Of a DNA stretch of 32,000 nucleotides, positions 14,863 through 25,044 are shown piece after piece. Made by a program: the position numbers and the translations under genes. The DNA is from Nitrososphaerota archaeon (GTDB lineage: Archaea > Thermoproteota > Nitrososphaeria > Nitrososphaerales > UBA57): the NCBI GenBank assembly GCA_013306035.1, contig JABUBF010000006.1:32119-64118 (forward strand). The letters are read 5' to 3'. Numbering within the stretch: position 1 is the stretch's first letter; every line of letters begins with the position of its first letter. The notes beneath the pieces were generated by a model. It was not told the DNA's origin and did not search any database. It saw nothing but the letters and a program-made list of their open reading frames with translations.

Positions 14863-15825
14863 TCATTTTTTTCTTAAATTAGAAATCTCTGCTAATAGAG
14901 CTGTTAACTGAATATCTGGATTCGAACCTGTTATTATTCTGTAATCATATTTCGCTAATATTTCAATTAATTCCTTAATCTCTTTATACTTATTTTTGTT
15001 TATTGCTTCATTCATATATTTCAGGAAATCCTTTTCCGATAATCCATATATATTTGTTAATGCAGACATCTTTTCTCTTGCCACATTGAAATCATTATCT
15101 AGCGCTAATTCTAATATTTCTTCAATCTTAATTTTGAATGAATGACCTGTAGCTTTATCAATATTCTTCATATTGATATTTCCTAAAGAAGAACATGATT
15201 GCAATAAATTAATTGCAGATCTAAGATCTCCATTTGTTATGTTGAATATCTCTAGTAATGCTTGTTTCTCAAATATTATTTTCTCTTTTTCACAAATTAA
15301 TTCTAAATGTTTAACTAATTCATTTTCTTCTATTCTTGTAAAACTAAATAATGCACATCTACTTTGTATTGGTTCAATTATGTTTGAAATATAGTTTCCA
15401 ATTAATATAAATCTACAAGCCTTTGACGTTTCTTCCATTATTCTTCTTAATGCTGTTTGTGCATCATTAGTCATTTCATCTGCTTCATCAAGTATGATCA
15501 TCTTAAATGGAATCTTCTCTCGATTATCTGCATATCTTGCAAATGTTTTCACTCGATTTCTTATTGTATTTATCCCTCTTTCATCTGATGCATTTAATAA
15601 TATAGAATAATCTTGCCAATTATTACCTAGAATGGATTTTGCAATGATTATGCCTAGTGTTGTTTTTCCTGTTCCTGGAGGACCTGTAAACAATAAATGC
15701 GGCATTGACGAAGAATTTTTTATAATTGGTTTTAGCCTTTTTATCGTTGATTCTTGATTAATAAATTCAGTCATCTTCGATGGCCTATATTTTTCAACCC
15801 ACATTAAATCGTTTATTTCATTCAT
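14863..15825 (-). CDS. rfcS: Replication factor C small subunit
   Basis: N-terminal WVEKYRP, Walker A GPPGTGKTT, Walker B ILDEADEMT and the SRC motif (PIQSRCALF). 320 aa, with no intein. Confidence 0.9.
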   Translation of the reverse strand: MNEINDLMWVEKYRPSKMTEFINQESTIKRLKPIIKNSSSMPHLLFTGPPGTGKTTLGIIIAKSILGNNWQDYSILLNASDERGINTIRNRVKTFARYADNREKIPFKMIILDEADEMTNDAQTALRRIMEETSKACRFILIGNYISNIIEPIQSRCALFSFTRIEENELVKHLELICEKEKIIFEKQALLEIFNITNGDLRSAINLLQSCSSLGNINMKNIDKATGHSFKIKIEEILELALDNDFNVAREKMSALTNIYGLSEKDFLKYMNEAINKNKYKEIKELIEILAKYDYRIITGSNPDIQLTALLAEISNLRKK

Positions 15826-15949
15826 CTTGTTTAATCAGCCTTAATTTTTCATAATATTCAATATTACTTATCCTTGTCTACTCTATTTGAGTTGATGTAC
15901 AATCTCAGCTGTCATAAATCCCTAAGTACGTTGTATCAGTATATAGAAT

Positions 15950-16516
15950 ATGTCATTTGGCACAGAAAATTCAATTGCTAGTATGATGAATGACTTACAA
16001 GTTGAATCAGAATTATCTCTTGTAAAGGTAATTGCTATTGATGATATTGACGAAATCGAAATAGGAGGTTTTAAAATAGAATATAAAGAAACTGATTCTA
16101 AATTTGATGTACCTAGATGGGTTGCATGTATATTAGTAGAAAAAAATTTAGTTAAACTTGCAGACGTTGGAATTGAAATTGAAGTAATTAATGCTATATC
16201 TAAAGAAAAAATGCTCGGCGTACATAAATTATCTGAATTAAAACCTAATTTATATAAAAAAATAAACTTTTTATTGAAAAATCTTCGTTCTAAACTGGAT
16301 AATGATCGAGAATTATCTTTGGAATATGATAAAATATCTACTTCTGTTTACGACTTAATTAACATAAGAATTAATAAAATTATTTCTCTTGCTTCATTAC
16401 CTTTTCCTCCTGACGACATTCAAAAATTAATTACTCCTGAAGAATATTTGTTGTTTGACACTGTTCGCTCAAATATTCATGAGTGGCGTAAATTAATGAT
16501 TGGAGATGAGTTCTGA
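15950..16516 (+). CDS. GINS complex subunit (Gins23-like)
   Basis: 188 aa, directly upstream of mcm with a TGATG stop/start overlap, the arrangement known for gins23-mcm in Sulfolobus. The segment FDVPRWVACILVEKNLVKLAD resembles the conserved GINS P.W.A..L motif. The family call rests mainly on context. Confidence 0.55.
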   Translation: MSFGTENSIASMMNDLQVESELSLVKVIAIDDIDEIEIGGFKIEYKETDSKFDVPRWVACILVEKNLVKLADVGIEIEVINAISKEKMLGVHKLSELKPNLYKKINFLLKNLRSKLDNDRELSLEYDKISTSVYDLINIRINKIISLASLPFPPDDIQKLITPEEYLLFDTVRSNIHEWRKLMIGDEF

Positions 16517-18594
16517 TGGAACAATCTATTGGAACACATGCTAGTTGGAATGATACATTTGTAAGATTTATAAAAAACTTTAAAGATAAATCACAAGTAT
16601 TAAAATACCAAAAATCTTTATCTAAAATGGTTTATGATAATTCTAAATCATTAATTGTTGATTTTGAAGACCTTCTCTTGTTTGATCATGAAATTTCAAC
16701 CATTTTAATCGAAAGGCCCGACGAAGTTCTTTTTCAATTCAATTTAGCTGTAAAAGAATCATTATATTCAGTTAATTCTGAATACACTGAATCTATTAAA
16801 AATGATATTCAAGTTAGAATTAGATCACTTCCTGATCAAGTTCCCTTACGTGATGTATCCAGTAAAAATTTACACCGTTTAATATCTGTCGAAGGCTTGG
16901 TTGTAAGGACTTCAGAATTAAAACCATTAGCTACTAAAGCAGCTTTTTCGTGTTTTAAATGCGGTGAAACTAATATTGTTCCTCAAATTACGCCCATATT
17001 GGTTAAACCTTCGACATGTATCACTCCTGATTGCACGGAAACGAAAAATTTTGTATTTAATGAAAAAGAATCTAGCTATCAGGATTATCAATTAATTCGT
17101 ATTCAGGAATTACCTGAAGAATTACCTCCTGGACAATTACCCCAATCTTCTGATGTACATCTTACTAGTGAAATGGTAAATATTGCTCGTCCAGGCGATC
17201 GTTTAAACTTGACCGGTGTTGTAAGAATTGATCAGCCAGAATCACGAGGTAATGAAGTATCATCAATTTTTAGATCCAAGATTGAAGGAAATTATATTGA
17301 CGTTGAATCTAAAGGTCCTGAAGATATTGAATTAACTAAAGACGAAGAGGAAATTATAACTGACTTTTCTAAAGATCCTGATGCATATGAAAAATTAATT
17401 CAATCTGTTGCTCCAAACATTCAGGGATTGGATCTACAAAAGGAAGCTGTTTTACTTATGTTGATTGGCTCTCCAAGTAAAACTACTGAAGATGGTAGCT
17501 CAACTCGTGGCGACATAAATATTCTATTCATTGGAGATCCAGGAACTGCAAAAAGTGAATTACTGAAATATGCTTCTAGACTTGCACCTCGTGGTTTATA
17601 CGCATCTGGTAAAGGTTCTACTGCTGCAGGTTTAACTGCCGCTGTAGTAAGAGAAAGAACTGGTATGATGATGCTCGAAGCAGGAACAGTAGTGCTTGCC
17701 GATAAGGGCATTGCCTGTATTGATGAATTCGATAAAATGAGAAATGAAGATCGTACTGCACTACATGAGGCTATGGAACAACAAACTGTCAGTATTGCAA
17801 AAGGTGGAATTAATGCTACTCTTAATGCCCGTACTGCAATTCTTGCAGCCGCTAATCCTGAATTTGGTAGTTATGATAAATATAAAACTTTTAAAGATCA
17901 AACTAATATAGACACGCCTTTATTGACTCGTTTTGATTTAATATTTGTAATAAGAGATACTCCTAATATTCCTCGTGATGAAAAACTTGCTAAACATATT
18001 TTGGATATATATGAGACTGGAAAAATAAAAGATGATGTCCCGCTTGGATTTGATTTACTTAAGAAATACATTAGTTATGCAAAAAACATTACTCCTAAAA
18101 TATCTCCTGAGGCAAAAAAATTAATTCAGGATTATTATGTCAAAACTCGACAATCTCCTGCAAAAGACGACGAGGGAAATCCAGGCATTCCTATCACTCC
18201 TCGTGCTTTGGAAGGTATGGTTCGTCTTGCGTCTGCTCGAGCACGTGCATTATTTAGGGACATAGTTACTGAAGAGGATGCCGAATTTGCTAGAAATCTA
18301 GTTAGAGCTATGTACGAATCTGTTGGAACAGATCCAGAGACTGGCGAAGTTGATTTTGGAATAATGTATGGTAAACCTGTTAGCGAAAGAAGTAAACTCG
18401 AAACGTCTCTAAGTATGTTTGAAGAACTTGAAAAAGAATCTACTAAAAATCTAGTTGATAAAGATGAATTTATCCAAAAATTAATTGATACAGGTAAATT
18501 TACTTCTACTGAAGCAAGAAAATACTTTAAAAATATGAGTGATAGTGGGCAAATCTATAATGTACAAGATAATTTATATCGTAAGGTAAATTAG
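16516..18594 (+). CDS. mcm: Minichromosome maintenance (MCM) replicative helicase
   Basis: 692 aa. Zinc motif CFKCGETN...CITPDC, Walker A IGDPGTAKS, Walker B CIDEFDKM, arginine-finger region TRFDLIF, and a C-terminal wH region. No intein. Confidence 0.95.
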   Translation: MEQSIGTHASWNDTFVRFIKNFKDKSQVLKYQKSLSKMVYDNSKSLIVDFEDLLLFDHEISTILIERPDEVLFQFNLAVKESLYSVNSEYTESIKNDIQVRIRSLPDQVPLRDVSSKNLHRLISVEGLVVRTSELKPLATKAAFSCFKCGETNIVPQITPILVKPSTCITPDCTETKNFVFNEKESSYQDYQLIRIQELPEELPPGQLPQSSDVHLTSEMVNIARPGDRLNLTGVVRIDQPESRGNEVSSIFRSKIEGNYIDVESKGPEDIELTKDEEEIITDFSKDPDAYEKLIQSVAPNIQGLDLQKEAVLLMLIGSPSKTTEDGSSTRGDINILFIGDPGTAKSELLKYASRLAPRGLYASGKGSTAAGLTAAVVRERTGMMMLEAGTVVLADKGIACIDEFDKMRNEDRTALHEAMEQQTVSIAKGGINATLNARTAILAAANPEFGSYDKYKTFKDQTNIDTPLLTRFDLIFVIRDTPNIPRDEKLAKHILDIYETGKIKDDVPLGFDLLKKYISYAKNITPKISPEAKKLIQDYYVKTRQSPAKDDEGNPGIPITPRALEGMVRLASARARALFRDIVTEEDAEFARNLVRAMYESVGTDPETGEVDFGIMYGKPVSERSKLETSLSMFEELEKESTKNLVDKDEFIQKLIDTGKFTSTEARKYFKNMSDSGQIYNVQDNLYRKVN

Positions 18595-18603
18595 ATATCT
18601 TGT

Positions 18604-20787
18604 TTGAACATATCTTCACTTGATTTATCTGAAACCTCAATCCAATTTTTACATAATCAGGGTTTTAAAACTCTTTATCCACCACAAGCAGACTGTATAA
18701 AAACTGGATTACTTGAAAATAATAATCTTATAGTCTCCACTCCTACTGCAAGCGGAAAAACTTTAGTAGCAATTATCTCTGCACTTCAACATATCGAAAA
18801 TGAAGGAAAAATTATTTATCTGTCTCCTTTACGAGCACTTGCAAGCGAAAAATATAATGATTTTAAAAAATTAGAAAGTCTTTCAAAACCTAACGGCTCA
18901 TCAATAAAAGTTAGCATTTCTACTGGTGATTTCGAATCAAATAGCGAATACCTTAAAAATTCTGATATAATTATTCTTACAAATGAAAAATTTGATTCAC
19001 TTCAACGGCATGGAATTAAATGGCTCTCTCAAGTTAGTCTAATTGTTATTGACGAAATTCATCTTATAGGTGATTCTTATCGTGGTCCAACATTGGAAAT
19101 GATAATTGCTAAAATGCTTATTTCTGAGCATTCTCCACAAATTCTTGGATTGAGCGCTACAATAAACAATGTAGAAGAGATCTCTGATTGGATTGGTGCT
19201 AAACCTGTTGTATCAAATTGGAGGCCTGTCGCTTTATCTGAGGGAGTGTTCTGTTTCGGCCAGATTGATTTCAAAGATGGTAATCCGCCAATCGATATTG
19301 AGAATTCTGGTGAAGGCACTGCCATTGATATTGCAATTGACATGGTTAAACAAAATGGTCAAAGTATAATATTCACTGAAACACGAAAACGTGCTTCCAG
19401 TCTTGCAAAAAAAATTGAAAAGATGATGCCATTGCTTTTGACCCAAGAACAATCAAAAGAATTATCTGAACTTTCTCAATTATTAGACAAAAAAGACGAT
19501 AAAAATACTGATATGAAGAAATTACTTGTTGAGTTGATTAAACATGGAGTGGCATTTCACCACGCTGGAGTAGGCAATGTACCACGACAAATCATTGAAT
19601 CTGGTTTTCGTGACAGAAAAATTAAGATCATTTGCGCAACTCCCACCCTTGCAGCAGGCGTTAATCTTCCCGCAAGACGTGTAGTTCTGAGTAGCTATCT
19701 TAGATACGATATGCAATACGGAGGAATGTCTCCTATTTCTGTTCTGGATTATAAACAAATGTGTGGTCGTGCTGGTAGGCCTCAATATGACGATAAAGGA
19801 GAAACGATCCTGATTGCTAATAATGAATCAGAAAAGGATTCATTATTTGATCATTATATTAATGGCGATATTGAAGATATTGAATCTGCATTAAGTAACG
19901 AAGATTCATTACGAACCCATCTTCTTGCTACTATATCGTCTAGTCCATTTGGAATATCCAAACCTAATGTATTGAAATTATTTAATAACACTCTTTACAC
20001 ACTTCAAAATGGAAATGACGAACTTGAATTCAAAGTTGAGGACTCTCTTGAATTCTTGTTAGATGAGAATTTCATTGAAAAACGCAATAATAAATTTCTC
20101 TCAACTAGATTTGGTAAACAAACCTCTTTACTCTATATTAATCCATTGACGGCACGTGATTTTCGTGATGCGATAAAGTCTTCTCAAAAAGATACTGACT
20201 ATGCCATGGGTATTCTTCAAGTAATCGCATCTAGTACTGATTTTGGCAGATTATTCTCGTTTAGGAAATCTGATGAATCTCCTTATTATTCATTTATCCA
20301 CAAGTATCAATCTCAATTTTTTGATATCGGCCACTCTGATTCTGAATATCGCTCCACTTTTCGTATTCTTGCTGCTCTGAATGCCTGGATTAATGAAAAA
20401 AAGGAAAATGATATTCTTAATCTTGTGGATATCGATCCTGGTGACCTGTATTTCGCTACTGAAAATACAAAATGGCTCTTAAATGCATTCTATAAACTAA
20501 CTGCTCTGTTCCAAACAAGACATCTACTTGATCCTATTTTACTTCTTCAGCTTCGTATAGAAAAAGGAATTAAATCTGAATTGAAAGAAATTATAAGTTT
20601 AGATAGAGTAGGACGTGTTTTGGGTAGAGCGTTATTTGATTCAGGATTCAAAACACGCGAGTCATTATATCTATCTTCTATTGACGATATCTCAAAAACC
20701 CCTCATCCTCTTATTACTCCTTCTTTTGCTAAAAAAATTAAAGAACAACTAAAGGATTTTGAAAGTGATGACCCCAACATACGTTAG
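18604..20787 (+). CDS. hel308: Hel308/Hjm (Ski2-like) DNA helicase
   Basis: 727 aa. Motif I TPTASGKT, motif II DEIH, motif III SAT and motif VI QMCGRAGRP are present. The TTG start is only three codons after the in-frame mcm stop. The first in-frame ATG lies beyond motif II. Confidence 0.85.
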   Translation: MNISSLDLSETSIQFLHNQGFKTLYPPQADCIKTGLLENNNLIVSTPTASGKTLVAIISALQHIENEGKIIYLSPLRALASEKYNDFKKLESLSKPNGSSIKVSISTGDFESNSEYLKNSDIIILTNEKFDSLQRHGIKWLSQVSLIVIDEIHLIGDSYRGPTLEMIIAKMLISEHSPQILGLSATINNVEEISDWIGAKPVVSNWRPVALSEGVFCFGQIDFKDGNPPIDIENSGEGTAIDIAIDMVKQNGQSIIFTETRKRASSLAKKIEKMMPLLLTQEQSKELSELSQLLDKKDDKNTDMKKLLVELIKHGVAFHHAGVGNVPRQIIESGFRDRKIKIICATPTLAAGVNLPARRVVLSSYLRYDMQYGGMSPISVLDYKQMCGRAGRPQYDDKGETILIANNESEKDSLFDHYINGDIEDIESALSNEDSLRTHLLATISSSPFGISKPNVLKLFNNTLYTLQNGNDELEFKVEDSLEFLLDENFIEKRNNKFLSTRFGKQTSLLYINPLTARDFRDAIKSSQKDTDYAMGILQVIASSTDFGRLFSFRKSDESPYYSFIHKYQSQFFDIGHSDSEYRSTFRILAALNAWINEKKENDILNLVDIDPGDLYFATENTKWLLNAFYKLTALFQTRHLLDPILLLQLRIEKGIKSELKEIISLDRVGRVLGRALFDSGFKTRESLYLSSIDDISKTPHPLITPSFAKKIKEQLKDFESDDPNIR

Positions 20788-22084
20788 AGGATTACTGTGC
20801 ACTGTCAATAATGGAATAACTAGTTCTAATCTTGATTTTATGGTTCATCGTGCATGGGACGGATATTTATGTTACAACAAACAATCAGATTATTCTATTA
20901 TTAACAAATTAAATAATTTTTCTTATGAAATAATTGGTTGTCTGAGTGATTCTACTGTTCATGATGAAGAAATCTTAATTCACGGAGAAATATATGGAAA
21001 TTTTCTTCCTGTTATTGATAAAATCCTTTCTTCCAATACTGTGAATGAATTAAAATCAAATATTCAAGAACTATATCGACTTGATGGTTCTTATTGCATG
21101 GTGGTCAAAGGCAAGCTGGGTACTATTTGTTGTCGTGATCCGCTTGGTTGCAAACCTCTCTATATTGGCAAAAAAGATAATTCTATTTCCATATCTACAC
21201 AAAAATCTATTTTACTTGATTCTAATTTCCAGGTTGAAGATTTTATCCCAGGAACTGCTATGATACTGGAAAATGACACTTTAATAAATTCTCGAAATCT
21301 CTCCGATCCGAAGAATTACTCTAATTATGACGCAGATATTCTATTGAATCTTTTGAGAACATCGATATCTTCTCGAATAGGTAATAAGAAAAATATCGGC
21401 GTCTCATTTTCTGGTGGAATTGATAGTTCAATTCTGATTTCTATCGCAAATGAATTCACTGAAATTAAGGCTTTTAACGTAAGAATGAAAGATTCACATG
21501 ACTTTGAAAATGCAAAAAAACTTGCTAATCTGCTCGGAATTGATCTTATTGAAATTGAACCAAATAAAGATAATATTTCTGACGATATTCCCAATATTAT
21601 CTCTCTTGCTGAAATTACTCGACCTATGGATGTGAGCATTGCATTGGGTTTTTACTATGTAGCAAAAACGGCTAAAGAACATAATACATCCACTCTTTTT
21701 GTTGGTCAACTTGCCGATGAATTATTTGGCGGCTATGCTAGATATATTCGAACTCTTTCAGAAGAAAGTCCAAAATTTGTAGCAGATATGATGAATTCTG
21801 ATGTACATAATGCATATACAAAAAACTTTGAACGAGATGAGAAAATTACATCGCCTTTTGTTGATTTATTTGTTCCTTATGCTTCTTTACCTATAGTTAA
21901 TTTTGCATTAAACTGTCCAATAGAATATAAAATCGATGTTGCAAATGATGTAAGAAAACTGATACTTCGTTCTGTTGCTAAAAAATTAAAACTTCCTGAA
22001 GAGATAATTTATCAAACTAAGAAAGCAATTCATTTCAGTTCTGGTATTGATAAGGTTGTTAAGAAAGCATTAAAAAATAATTAA
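20759..22084 (+). CDS. Asparagine synthetase B-like amidotransferase (Ntn GATase domain + PP-loop synthetase domain)
   Basis: N-domain matches to AsnB: CTV..., HRAWDG (cf. HRGPD), HGEIYG (cf. NGEIYN) and CRDPLGCKPLYIG. C-domain: PP-loop SFSGGIDSS and VGQLADELFGGY (cf. GEGADELFGGY). Candidate starts are TTG 20759, GTG 20765 and ATG 20768, all overlapping the hel308 3' end. Confidence 0.75.
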   Translation: MKVMTPTYVRGLLCTVNNGITSSNLDFMVHRAWDGYLCYNKQSDYSIINKLNNFSYEIIGCLSDSTVHDEEILIHGEIYGNFLPVIDKILSSNTVNELKSNIQELYRLDGSYCMVVKGKLGTICCRDPLGCKPLYIGKKDNSISISTQKSILLDSNFQVEDFIPGTAMILENDTLINSRNLSDPKNYSNYDADILLNLLRTSISSRIGNKKNIGVSFSGGIDSSILISIANEFTEIKAFNVRMKDSHDFENAKKLANLLGIDLIEIEPNKDNISDDIPNIISLAEITRPMDVSIALGFYYVAKTAKEHNTSTLFVGQLADELFGGYARYIRTLSEESPKFVADMMNSDVHNAYTKNFERDEKITSPFVDLFVPYASLPIVNFALNCPIEYKIDVANDVRKLILRSVAKKLKLPEEIIYQTKKAIHFSSGIDKVVKKALKNN

Positions 22085-22512
22085 ATATCTAGTATCATTG
22101 TGGCTTTCCATCTACTATCTTCTTTTGTTAAACTAAATTTGTGTAGTGTTACCGCTTTTACATCTGCACATAGCTCGTGTTTTTTATAATCAATATGTTC
22201 TCCTTTTGCTACTGCATATAACTCATATTTCCCATCTAATTCTTTAATATTAATCTTAAATTCACTAAATATTAGTTGATTTGCATCTTTTTCTATCACT
22301 AATTGTTCTAAAAATTCAAATAATAACATATCTATTTCTTTTGATTCAACTTTGAATTCTACTTCTTTCTTAATGTCTACACTTTCTAAATTATCAACCA
22401 TTGTATTTGTTAACGCTTTTCCTGAATCAATAAAAATTCCTTCTAATGAATCTGAATAAACCTCTATTGCGGCATCGGCTATTGATATATCGTCTTTATA
22501 TATATAAGGCAA
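22081..22512 (-). CDS. Archease (RtcB activator)
   Basis: 143 aa. The N-terminal DISIADAAIEVYSDSLEGIFIDSGKAL matches the archease DxxADxxxxxxG pattern. It lies immediately downstream of rtcB (2-nt gap). Confidence 0.8.
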   Translation of the reverse strand: MPYIYKDDISIADAAIEVYSDSLEGIFIDSGKALTNTMVDNLESVDIKKEVEFKVESKEIDMLLFEFLEQLVIEKDANQLIFSEFKINIKELDGKYELYAVAKGEHIDYKKHELCADVKAVTLHKFSLTKEDSRWKATMILDI

Positions 22513-22514
22513 TA

Positions 22515-23975
22515 TTATCCCTTGACATTGCCTATAGGGATAAATCTTACTACACGTTTTGAGATTTTTGCATTTACTGTTGCATCTACTACATCATCAA
22601 TATTTTTATACGCATCTCCAGCTTCTTCCGCAAGTCCTGTATATGAAACTGATTTAACATAAATCCCTTTTTTTAACATATTTTTATACAATGTCTCTCC
22701 TCTAAACATTCTCCTTGCTTTAGTTCTACTCATAATTCTTCCACTTCCATGTGCAGTACTAGCAAATGTTTCTTTATGCGCTTCTTTTGTCCCCATTAAA
22801 AGATATGATCCTGTTTCCATACTTCCTCCAATAATTACAGGTTGACCTATGTTCCTGTATTTTAATGGAATCTCTGATCTTCCAGGACCAAATGCACGTG
22901 TTGCTCCTTTTCTATGAATTATCATCTTTCTATTCTTTCCATCAACTTCATGCTCCTCAACTTTTGCTGTGTTGTGAGCTACATCATAAACCATTGATAG
23001 ACCTAATTTCTCTGGTTCAGTTTTGAATACTGTTGAAAACACCTCTCTAATTCTGTGTAAAATAGTTTGTCTATTTACAAATGACATATTTATTGCACAT
23101 TGCATGGCGGAAAAATAGTCCTGACCTTCTTGTGATTGAAATGGAGCACATGCAAGTTCTCTATCTAGAATTTTTATATTATATTTACTTTCCATTACCC
23201 CGAGAAATTTTTTTAGATAATCTGTCGCAACTTGATGACCAAATCCTCTACTTCCACAATGGAACATAATTACTACTTGATTTGGAAATATTCCTACTGT
23301 CTTTGCGACTTTTTCATCAAATATGTATTCTGGTTTTACTACTTGTATCTCAAGATAATGATTTCCTGATCCTAGTGTTCCTATTTGTTTTAATCCTCTT
23401 TTTATTGCTACATCACTGACCTTTTCTGCACTAGCACCTTTCATTATGCCACTTTCTTCTGTATTTTCTAGATCTTCTTCCCAACCATATCCATTTTCCA
23501 CACACCATGTAGATCCCATCTCTGTTATGTCTCTGAATTCTGATTTGTTAATTTTTACAAATCCTGCTCCTCCTACTCCTGCAGGAACTTTGTTATATAA
23601 TTGATCAACAAGTTCTCTAAGTTTTGGCTTGACATCGTTATGTGTTAAATTTGTTAAAACTAATCTCATTCCACAATTAATATCAAATCCTATTCCACCG
23701 GGAGAAATTACACCTTCTTTCAAATCCATTGCTGCCACTCCTCCTATAGGAAAACCGTATCCACTATGCGCATCAGGCATTGTGTATGCATAATTAATTA
23801 TTCCCGGTAAAGTTGCTACATTAGTGATTTGATCAATAACTTGGTAGTCCATTAATTTTAATAATTGTTTTGTTGCATAAATTCGAACAGGGACGTTCAT
23901 ACCTTGTTTATAATCAACCGGTATCTCCCAAATCGTATCTGATTTCTTTTTCACTATATTAATAATATCATTCAT
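22515..23975 (-). CDS. rtcB: RNA 3'-phosphate splicing ligase RtcB
   Basis: 486 aa. It contains PDAHSGYGFPIGGV, GFDINCGMR, GSGNHYLEIQ, HCGSRGFGHQ and HGSGR, the characteristic RtcB metal/GMP-site motifs. No intein. Confidence 0.95.
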   Translation of the reverse strand: MNDIINIVKKKSDTIWEIPVDYKQGMNVPVRIYATKQLLKLMDYQVIDQITNVATLPGIINYAYTMPDAHSGYGFPIGGVAAMDLKEGVISPGGIGFDINCGMRLVLTNLTHNDVKPKLRELVDQLYNKVPAGVGGAGFVKINKSEFRDITEMGSTWCVENGYGWEEDLENTEESGIMKGASAEKVSDVAIKRGLKQIGTLGSGNHYLEIQVVKPEYIFDEKVAKTVGIFPNQVVIMFHCGSRGFGHQVATDYLKKFLGVMESKYNIKILDRELACAPFQSQEGQDYFSAMQCAINMSFVNRQTILHRIREVFSTVFKTEPEKLGLSMVYDVAHNTAKVEEHEVDGKNRKMIIHRKGATRAFGPGRSEIPLKYRNIGQPVIIGGSMETGSYLLMGTKEAHKETFASTAHGSGRIMSRTKARRMFRGETLYKNMLKKGIYVKSVSYTGLAEEAGDAYKNIDDVVDATVNAKISKRVVRFIPIGNVKG

Positions 23976-24021
23976 GTTCTTTCTATCTTAATTTATTAAA
24001 ATGCTATTTAATTATATCATA

Positions 24022-24282
24022 ATGGACAGTAATCATCTTATTATTCATATAAATGTAAAAACCGGTCTTCAAGATAATTATCTAAAATTCGAAGACGGAC
24101 AAATTATTCTTGGTATAAAATCTCTTCCACTAAAGAATAAAGCAAATCTTGAAGTAATAAAAATACTTTCTAAACTTTTTCGTGTAGATGATGTTGATGT
24201 TATAATCATTAAGGGTATGTCAAATAATATAAAAACTATAAAAATTATTGATCCTAAATTTATTCCTAATGAAATACTGTAG
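24022..24282 (+). CDS. DUF167 / UPF0235 (YggU-like) family protein
   Basis: ORF track 24001..24282, trimmed to M8. The pattern IHINVKTG...ILGIKSLPLKNKANLEVIKILSKLFRV...VIIIKGMSNNIKTIKI matches the DUF167 consensus (v.a.P..GkAN.eli.fLa...v....v.i..G..sr.K). Confidence 0.6.
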   Translation: MDSNHLIIHINVKTGLQDNYLKFEDGQIILGIKSLPLKNKANLEVIKILSKLFRVDDVDVIIIKGMSNNIKTIKIIDPKFIPNEIL

Positions 24283-24285
24283 TTA

Positions 24286-25044
24286 TTAATTAATATATTG
24301 AGAACTATTATCTCTATTGGAATATTCTATTCCTTCTGTTTTTGATTTCATGCCTTCTACTTGATTCATTAATTCATTTGATTCATTTATTTTATCTGTT
24401 AATTTTTCTAGATTTATCTCCATTTTTAATATTTTATTTAATGATTCTAAAACAGCTCTTGCTGAATTTGGGTCAATCATATATCCTGATGTCTCACCTA
24501 ATAATGAATATCCTTCTATGTCTCTGATTTTTGCAGTTCCAATTAATATTCCATTCATTCCAGTTATCATTCCTTGATTCATGATGTTGATTCCATACTT
24601 CTTTAATGTTTTAACATGTTTCTTTTTTGTCGCTGCTCCAAAAACCCTTGGTTCCTTCACAAATTCTCCTGTTATATATGCTGCCAGAGTAAATATCTTT
24701 TTTATACCTAAATTTTGCGCATATTCTAGAATTTTTTCGGTAACAATATAATTTCCACGTTCAGTAATTGGCTGTGTATCACCTGTTAAAATTAATATGT
24801 CATTTTTTGGTTTTTTTGTTTCTATATGATAAATCGTATTTGACATATTTTTTATTATTCCATTGTTTGTAGATATTTGTGGTGGAAATAAATCACTTTG
24901 TATTTCACATATTGTAGTCGCTTCATACTCATTTAACAGATGATCTACTGCCAATTTTCCTACATATCCACTACCTGGTATTCCACAAATTAATATTGGA
25001 TTGACGAATTTTCTCTTTTTCAATGTTTTTATTCTAATATCCAT
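24286..25044 (-). CDS. PAC2 (proteasome assembly chaperone 2) family protein
   Basis: 252 aa. PILICGIPGSGYVGKLAVDHL near the N-terminus and LLGETSGYMIDPNSARAVLESL are typical of archaeal PAC2/COG1938 proteins. Confidence 0.75.
   Translation of the reverse strand: MDIRIKTLKKRKFVNPILICGIPGSGYVGKLAVDHLLNEYEATTICEIQSDLFPPQISTNNGIIKNMSNTIYHIETKKPKNDILILTGDTQPITERGNYIVTEKILEYAQNLGIKKIFTLAAYITGEFVKEPRVFGAATKKKHVKTLKKYGINIMNQGMITGMNGILIGTAKIRDIEGYSLLGETSGYMIDPNSARAVLESLNKILKMEINLEKLTDKINESNELMNQVEGMKSKTEGIEYSNRDNSSQYIN

Noticed and set aside
15826-15949. Possible replication origin in the divergent rfcS / GINS-MCM intergenic region.
   Set aside because: No orc1/cdc6 gene is adjacent. I found no repeated ORB-like elements, only a weak imperfect inverted similarity (TGATGTACAA versus TTGTATCAG). 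The region is short and is adequately explained by two divergent promoters.
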